NCBI GenBank assembly: GCA_964584335.1
Contig: CAZOZN010000002.1
Coordinates: 34,974-98,973 of the forward strand
Source: an uncultured archaeon
GTDB lineage: Archaea > Aenigmatarchaeota > Aenigmatarchaeia > PWEA01 > JAGHBM01
Direction: 5' to 3'
DNA: 64,000 nt
The notes below the pieces were generated by a model. The model saw only the letters and a list, made by a program, of their open reading frames with translations, was not told the origin of the DNA and did no database searches. This document shows positions 59,255-64,000 of the stretch, piece by piece. Positions within the stretch are counted from its first letter, which is position 1. Each line of letters opens with the position of its first letter. The translations under genes were made by a program, and so were the position numbers.

Positions 59255-61045
59255 ATGGATTTTAAAAGGTTGGCAGAAGCGGCTGATGAATACGAAAAAA
59301 AACAACAAAAAAAAGAATCGAAGGAAAATCTAAAAAAAACAAAAGTAAAAATAAAAAGCCAGCTTCCAAAAGAGATGCAATTTGAAGACCCAGAAAAACA
59401 AATGCCAAAATTGTCAAATCTAATAAAAAAGATGAGCAAGTATCTTTCCAAAAAAGAAGAAAAAAAGAAAGGCGTCAAAGGTATAAGGATACCGGATATA
59501 GAAATAACAGGATACAAAACAAAAACAAAAAATAAAATAGACATAACAAAAATAAACATATCGTATCCGCTAACACCTATGAATCCGAAGAAAGGTGAGG
59601 AAATATACGCCTATGCAAAGATAAAATGGGATGCAAAAAAAAGTGTTTTGGTTTATGAGGTGGTAGAACCTGAACTTAACAAAAAAGATGAAGAAATTTT
59701 AGAAAAAATCAAGAAGACTATACAAGAAAGGCTTGACGTTGACTTCACAAGATTGAACACCAAGAGTGCAATGAACTATCTTGACCAGAAATTCAACGAG
59801 ATTTTAGACTTTCTGGGTTATTATCCAACAAAAAAAGAAAGAAAGATAATAAGATATTACATTTACAGAGATTTTATAGGGCTTGGGAAAATAGAACCAT
59901 TGATGCATGACCCTTACATAGAAGATGTTTCTTGTGACGGGCTTAACATACCAATATACGCATATCACAGAAATCCTTATATAGGCTCAATAGAAACAAA
60001 TGTATTCTTTGAAGAAGAGGAAAAACTGGATTCTTTTATAATGAGACTTGCACAAAAATCAGAGAAATCTGTATCTATGGCAGAACCACTTGTAGACGCT
60101 AGTTTGCCTGACGGGAGCAGAATACAGCTGACATTTGGTACTGATATAGCAATGAAAGGAAGCAACTTTACAATAAGAAAATTTACAAAAGATCCTATAA
60201 CACCAATAGACTTGATGAATTCCGGTTCACTTGATAGTAAGATGCTTGCCTATCTTTGGTTCTGTATAGAGCACGGTAAAAGCATGCTTCTGTCCGGCGG
60301 TACTGCAACAGGTAAGACTACACTTCTTAATGTGCTTTCCATGTTCATCAAACCCAACATGAAAATAGTTTCTATAGAAGATACTCCTGAATTGAGATTT
60401 TCTCATCCTCATTGGGTACCTGAAGTGGCCAGAGAAGCGATATCAGAAATAGGAGGCAAAAAGATGGGTCATGTGGACCTGTTCGACCTCTTAAAAGAAA
60501 GTCTAAGGCAAAGACCGGACTACATAATAGTAGGTGAGGTTAGAGGTAAAGAGGCTTATGTTTTATTCCAGCAAATGGCAACAGGTCACCCCGGCCTTTC
60601 TACCATACACGCAGAAACAGTTGAAAAACTAATTGACAGACTGACCACAGAACCTATAAATTTACCCCCGAGTCTTATAGAAAACTTGGACATAATAATA
60701 TTTTTGTCAAGAATAAAAAGAAAGGACAAGTACGAAAGAAGAGTGAAGCAGATAATGGAAATGGAAGGATATGACATAAAAGAGGAAAAAGTCAATACAA
60801 ACGAAGTTTTTAAATGGGATCCAGTAAAAGATGTTTTCAATTCATCTGGAAGTGTCATACTACAAAAGATATCAGAACAAACAGGCATTCCTGAAGACGA
60901 GGTAGAAAAAGAAATTGAAAACAGAGTAAAGGTTCTTGAGTGGGGCAAGAAAAAAGGAATAAAAGATTACAAGAACTTCGGAAGATTAGTAAGAACCTAT
61001 TATGCGAATTCTGAGAACTTGATGAAAAAAATAAAAGGTATATAA
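59255..61045 (+). CDS. Type II/IV secretion ATPase (FlaI/TadA/VirB11 family)
   Basis: GGTATGKTT, SIEDTPEL, LRQRPD..VGEVRG.EA, TGH. Confidence 0.96.
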   Translation: MDFKRLAEAADEYEKKQQKKESKENLKKTKVKIKSQLPKEMQFEDPEKQMPKLSNLIKKMSKYLSKKEEKKKGVKGIRIPDIEITGYKTKTKNKIDITKINISYPLTPMNPKKGEEIYAYAKIKWDAKKSVLVYEVVEPELNKKDEEILEKIKKTIQERLDVDFTRLNTKSAMNYLDQKFNEILDFLGYYPTKKERKIIRYYIYRDFIGLGKIEPLMHDPYIEDVSCDGLNIPIYAYHRNPYIGSIETNVFFEEEEKLDSFIMRLAQKSEKSVSMAEPLVDASLPDGSRIQLTFGTDIAMKGSNFTIRKFTKDPITPIDLMNSGSLDSKMLAYLWFCIEHGKSMLLSGGTATGKTTLLNVLSMFIKPNMKIVSIEDTPELRFSHPHWVPEVAREAISEIGGKKMGHVDLFDLLKESLRQRPDYIIVGEVRGKEAYVLFQQMATGHPGLSTIHAETVEKLIDRLTTEPINLPPSLIENLDIIIFLSRIKRKDKYERRVKQIMEMEGYDIKEEKVNTNEVFKWDPVKDVFNSSGSVILQKISEQTGIPEDEVEKEIENRVKVLEWGKKKGIKDYKNFGRLVRTYYANSENLMKKIKGI

Positions 61046-61046
61046 A

Positions 61047-61943
61047 ATGAATCCAAGTGCTGACTTAATAGAAAAATATAAAAATTTCTCATATAGAACT
61101 TTATCACCAAAAATAGAGAATTACATGAGTTCTTTTGAAAGTATTGTCATAGACTTGAAAAAGGCTGGTATGAAAATAAGCCTTTTGGAATATATGTCAA
61201 CGGCGCTAATGACTTCTATCATAGTTTTCATTATAGAATTCCCCTTTGTCTTCATGATAACTCTATTTATTCCAAATTTTTCTGCGGCAATGGGGTTTAT
61301 ATTCTCTTTCTCTCTTTCAATAGTATTTTCAGTATCAATATTTTTCTTTTTTTACCTTTATCCTTCTATGACTGCTGCAGGCAGGAAAAAAAATATAGAT
61401 TTTTCTCTTCCTTTCTCAACTTTATACATGGCAACTGTAAGCGGGGGTAGTGCACCTCCAAAGGCCATGTTTAAAATACTTTCAAAATTCGAAGAATACG
61501 GGGAAATAACAAAAGAATCCAAAGAAATAGTAAGAAACGTAGAAATATTCGGGATGAGTATAAGAGAGGCGATAAAAAGATCAGCAGATAAGTCACCTTC
61601 TGAAGAATTTAAAGAGCTTCTGTGGGGAATAGATACCACGCTATCTACTGGTGGAGACCTATCACAATATCTTCACGGAAAAGCGAGAGGCTTCATAAAA
61701 AACTATAAAAAAATGATGAGGGAATATGCAGAAAAGGTTTCCACTTTACTCGAAATTTATGTAACACTCATAGTAGTTGGTTCGATATTTTTTATTGTAG
61801 TATCTTCGATGATGAGTGCCTTCGGCTCTGGTATGATGGACATGATAGTAATAATACAGTTCTTTGTTATATTCTTCGGCCTACCGGTAGTTTCACTCGT
61901 GTTTATAGTTATACTAAAATATATGTCTCCAAATGTTGGTTAA
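61047..61943 (+). CDS. Type II secretion F-family platform protein (TadB/TadC-like)
   Basis: TM pattern; YGE..E, PSEEFKE.L, GGDL. Confidence 0.88.
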   Translation: MNPSADLIEKYKNFSYRTLSPKIENYMSSFESIVIDLKKAGMKISLLEYMSTALMTSIIVFIIEFPFVFMITLFIPNFSAAMGFIFSFSLSIVFSVSIFFFFYLYPSMTAAGRKKNIDFSLPFSTLYMATVSGGSAPPKAMFKILSKFEEYGEITKESKEIVRNVEIFGMSIREAIKRSADKSPSEEFKELLWGIDTTLSTGGDLSQYLHGKARGFIKNYKKMMREYAEKVSTLLEIYVTLIVVGSIFFIVVSSMMSAFGSGMMDMIVIIQFFVIFFGLPVVSLVFIVILKYMSPNVG

Positions 61944-61944
61944 G

Positions 61945-62904
61945 ATGAAAGATTTCAAAGATTGGGAAACAATAGATTATATAAAATTTGTACCGCCTAC
62001 AATAGGCATACTAATAATAATATTTGTATCCATAGTCTCGCTTGGAGATGTGGGCATACTTGGTGTTACTTGTTTATTCTCAATGTTAATAAGTGCTATA
62101 CCCTATTTCATTTACTCTTACATAAGAAAAAGAGAAGTTTCTGCTATGGAAGACCAGCTTCCAAATTTCTTAAGGGATCTGGTAGAAGAAGCGAGAAGTG
62201 GGATGACGCTTCCAAGGTCTATAGAACTAAGTTCAAAAGTAGATTATGGAAGATTATCAAAAGAAGTTAAAAAAATGTATAATCAATTGACTTGGGGAGT
62301 TCCCCTAGAAGAAGTATTAAAAATGTTCTCAAAGAGAGTAAAGGAGAGTCATCTTATAAAGAGGTCAATGGACATACTAATAGAATCACATAAGAGTGGT
62401 GGAGATATTGTTTCTACAATGGAAAGTGTTGCTCTGGATAGTGCTTTAGTTAAATCATCTGAAAACGAAAAAAAGAGCAATATGATGCGTCATACACTTT
62501 CACTTTACCTCATATATTTTATGTTTGTAGGTGTGTTGCTTGCGCTTACAAATGTACTTACTTCTATGCTCGGTAACATGAGCGGAGGTTTCTCTGGTAT
62601 GGGAGGATTATCAGGAATTGGGTTAGAAATGACAGGTCCTTGTGCAGGCGATCCTAAAGGAGTTACCGGGGGTATATGCTCGTTTTTCTCGGGGCCATGC
62701 AGAGTCTTTGATTTTGGAACAGGAAGTGATTGTTACTACAAATCAATGTTTCTTTATATGATACTCATACAAGGATTGTGTTCAGGGTTGGTGGCCGGAC
62801 AAGCCGGTTCAGAATCTTTGTCTGAGGGATTTAAACACGGTTTGGTTATGATGGGAATAGGTTTCCCTGTTTTTATACTAGTACTCAAAACTGGATTAAT
62901 TTAA
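61945..62904 (+). CDS. Type II secretion F-family platform protein (TadC-like)
   Basis: LPNFLRDL..SGM, DYG.LS.EV, WG.P, SGG. Confidence 0.9.
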   Translation: MKDFKDWETIDYIKFVPPTIGILIIIFVSIVSLGDVGILGVTCLFSMLISAIPYFIYSYIRKREVSAMEDQLPNFLRDLVEEARSGMTLPRSIELSSKVDYGRLSKEVKKMYNQLTWGVPLEEVLKMFSKRVKESHLIKRSMDILIESHKSGGDIVSTMESVALDSALVKSSENEKKSNMMRHTLSLYLIYFMFVGVLLALTNVLTSMLGNMSGGFSGMGGLSGIGLEMTGPCAGDPKGVTGGICSFFSGPCRVFDFGTGSDCYYKSMFLYMILIQGLCSGLVAGQAGSESLSEGFKHGLVMMGIGFPVFILVLKTGLI

Positions 62905-62917
62905 AAGAAGATGCCTT

Positions 62918-63373
62918 ATGAAAGGACAAGGTAATATAGAATACATAGTCTCAATGGTAATTTTTGTAATAATTGTAATATACATCTCTTTTCAGGTAGC
63001 AAACAACATACCTTTTTATCACTCAAATAGTGTTGAAAATAGATTAAAAAGCAACTGTATAAGAATAACAGAAACAATGATAAAAAATACTGATTCTAAT
63101 TACGGGTTTGCGGAAAAACCATACGAACTTAACGATACAAAAATTTATCTTTTTGGCCAGATGTGTTCTGTAGACTCAAACTATGAAAACGTTTTAAGCG
63201 ACTACTTCAAATTAAGCAACACAAGCGATTTTCAGCTTTCTGTAGAGGTTAACAGTACCTTGAACTTTATTTGCGGTGTAGATTTTTTACCGACACAGTC
63301 AGTATCTACAAGCATGGAAAGGTATGCAACAACTGACGGTCAAACAACAAAAATAAAACTAACTTTGTGGTAG
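62918..63373 (+). CDS. Minor pilin-like protein
   Basis: MKG|QGNIEY class III signal. Confidence 0.78.
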   Translation: MKGQGNIEYIVSMVIFVIIVIYISFQVANNIPFYHSNSVENRLKSNCIRITETMIKNTDSNYGFAEKPYELNDTKIYLFGQMCSVDSNYENVLSDYFKLSNTSDFQLSVEVNSTLNFICGVDFLPTQSVSTSMERYATTDGQTTKIKLTLW

Positions 63374-63374
63374 A

Positions 63375-64000
63375 ATGAAGAAAGGAATAGTTCATATGTT
63401 GGAAGCGATACTGGTTTCATTAACCTTTGCAATGGTCGTGCCGCTTCTTCTTTACCCGGTGGCAAGTCAAACTGATTGGAATTATATTCAGATGTCATTA
63501 AACGGACAAGATATATTATCAACACTGGATGGAATACCTGATGGGGGAGAAAATTATCTCCAAAATATAATGGAAAAGGATACAAAAACAATAAACAATT
63601 TTGTAACCAGTGAATTCTCGCAGCTAAGGACAAAAAAAATAAGCTATGGCATTAAAACAGAAAATTCAATAAAAAATGAAATATTGATTGGTTTTAACTG
63701 CACAACAAACTGTCATTTGGGTAGCGCAGAAGAAGAGAAAAAATACATAGAAGATATACTAAATAAAGCTTACATAAACGGTAGATATATTCACTTCAGG
63801 GTTTTTCCTTTTTCATATGAAAATATAAACAGGAAAAAATTTGATGTCATTTTTATAAGGGGAAATCAACAGAGAATTAACGCAAATAATAAAATCAACA
63901 TAATAAGAGAATTTACTGATAAAGGTGTCGGTATATTTGGGTTCTACAACATAAGCGTGGTAGGAAATTTAGAAGACGAAATATTTGGATTGACTGTGGG
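63375..64000 (+). CDS. Pilin-like/class III signal peptide protein, 3' truncated
   Basis: MKKG|IVHMLEAILVSL; frame open to window end. Confidence 0.72.
   Translation, partial: MKKGIVHMLEAILVSLTFAMVVPLLLYPVASQTDWNYIQMSLNGQDILSTLDGIPDGGENYLQNIMEKDTKTINNFVTSEFSQLRTKKISYGIKTENSIKNEILIGFNCTTNCHLGSAEEEKKYIEDILNKAYINGRYIHFRVFPFSYENINRKKFDVIFIRGNQQRINANNKINIIREFTDKGVGIFGFYNISVVGNLEDEIFGLTV

Noticed and set aside
56802-64000. Archaellum operon
   Set aside because: No FlaH-like ATPase or flaF/G seen; short pilins with two TadC-like genes indicate a pilus

Overview
AT-rich, gene-dense archaeal window. A DPANN-type lineage, probably Aenigmarchaeota-like, is inferred from gene content and divergent informational genes. 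It carries cbf5, the S13-S4-S11-rpoD-L18e-L13-S9-rpoN cluster, the rpoH-B''-B'-A'-A''-L30e-nusA operon, a stand-alone 5S rRNA, tRNA thiolation genes, pelota, a thermosome, OFOR, guaB and a degenerate purH. It also has a type IV pilus locus with tandem pilins, a cluster of paralogous unknown envelope proteins and a 3063-aa surface protein. The most striking signal is in non-coding RNA. By manual folding, 11 of 12 tRNA genes are interrupted by about 21 BHB-type introns at many non-canonical positions. Several introns in unrelated tRNAs share sequence modules. A C/D-box-like small RNA appears to carry its own BHB intron, homologous to a tRNA-Val intron. A rare tRNA-Ile(UAU) is also present. All RNA structures were derived by eye and need computational and experimental confirmation.
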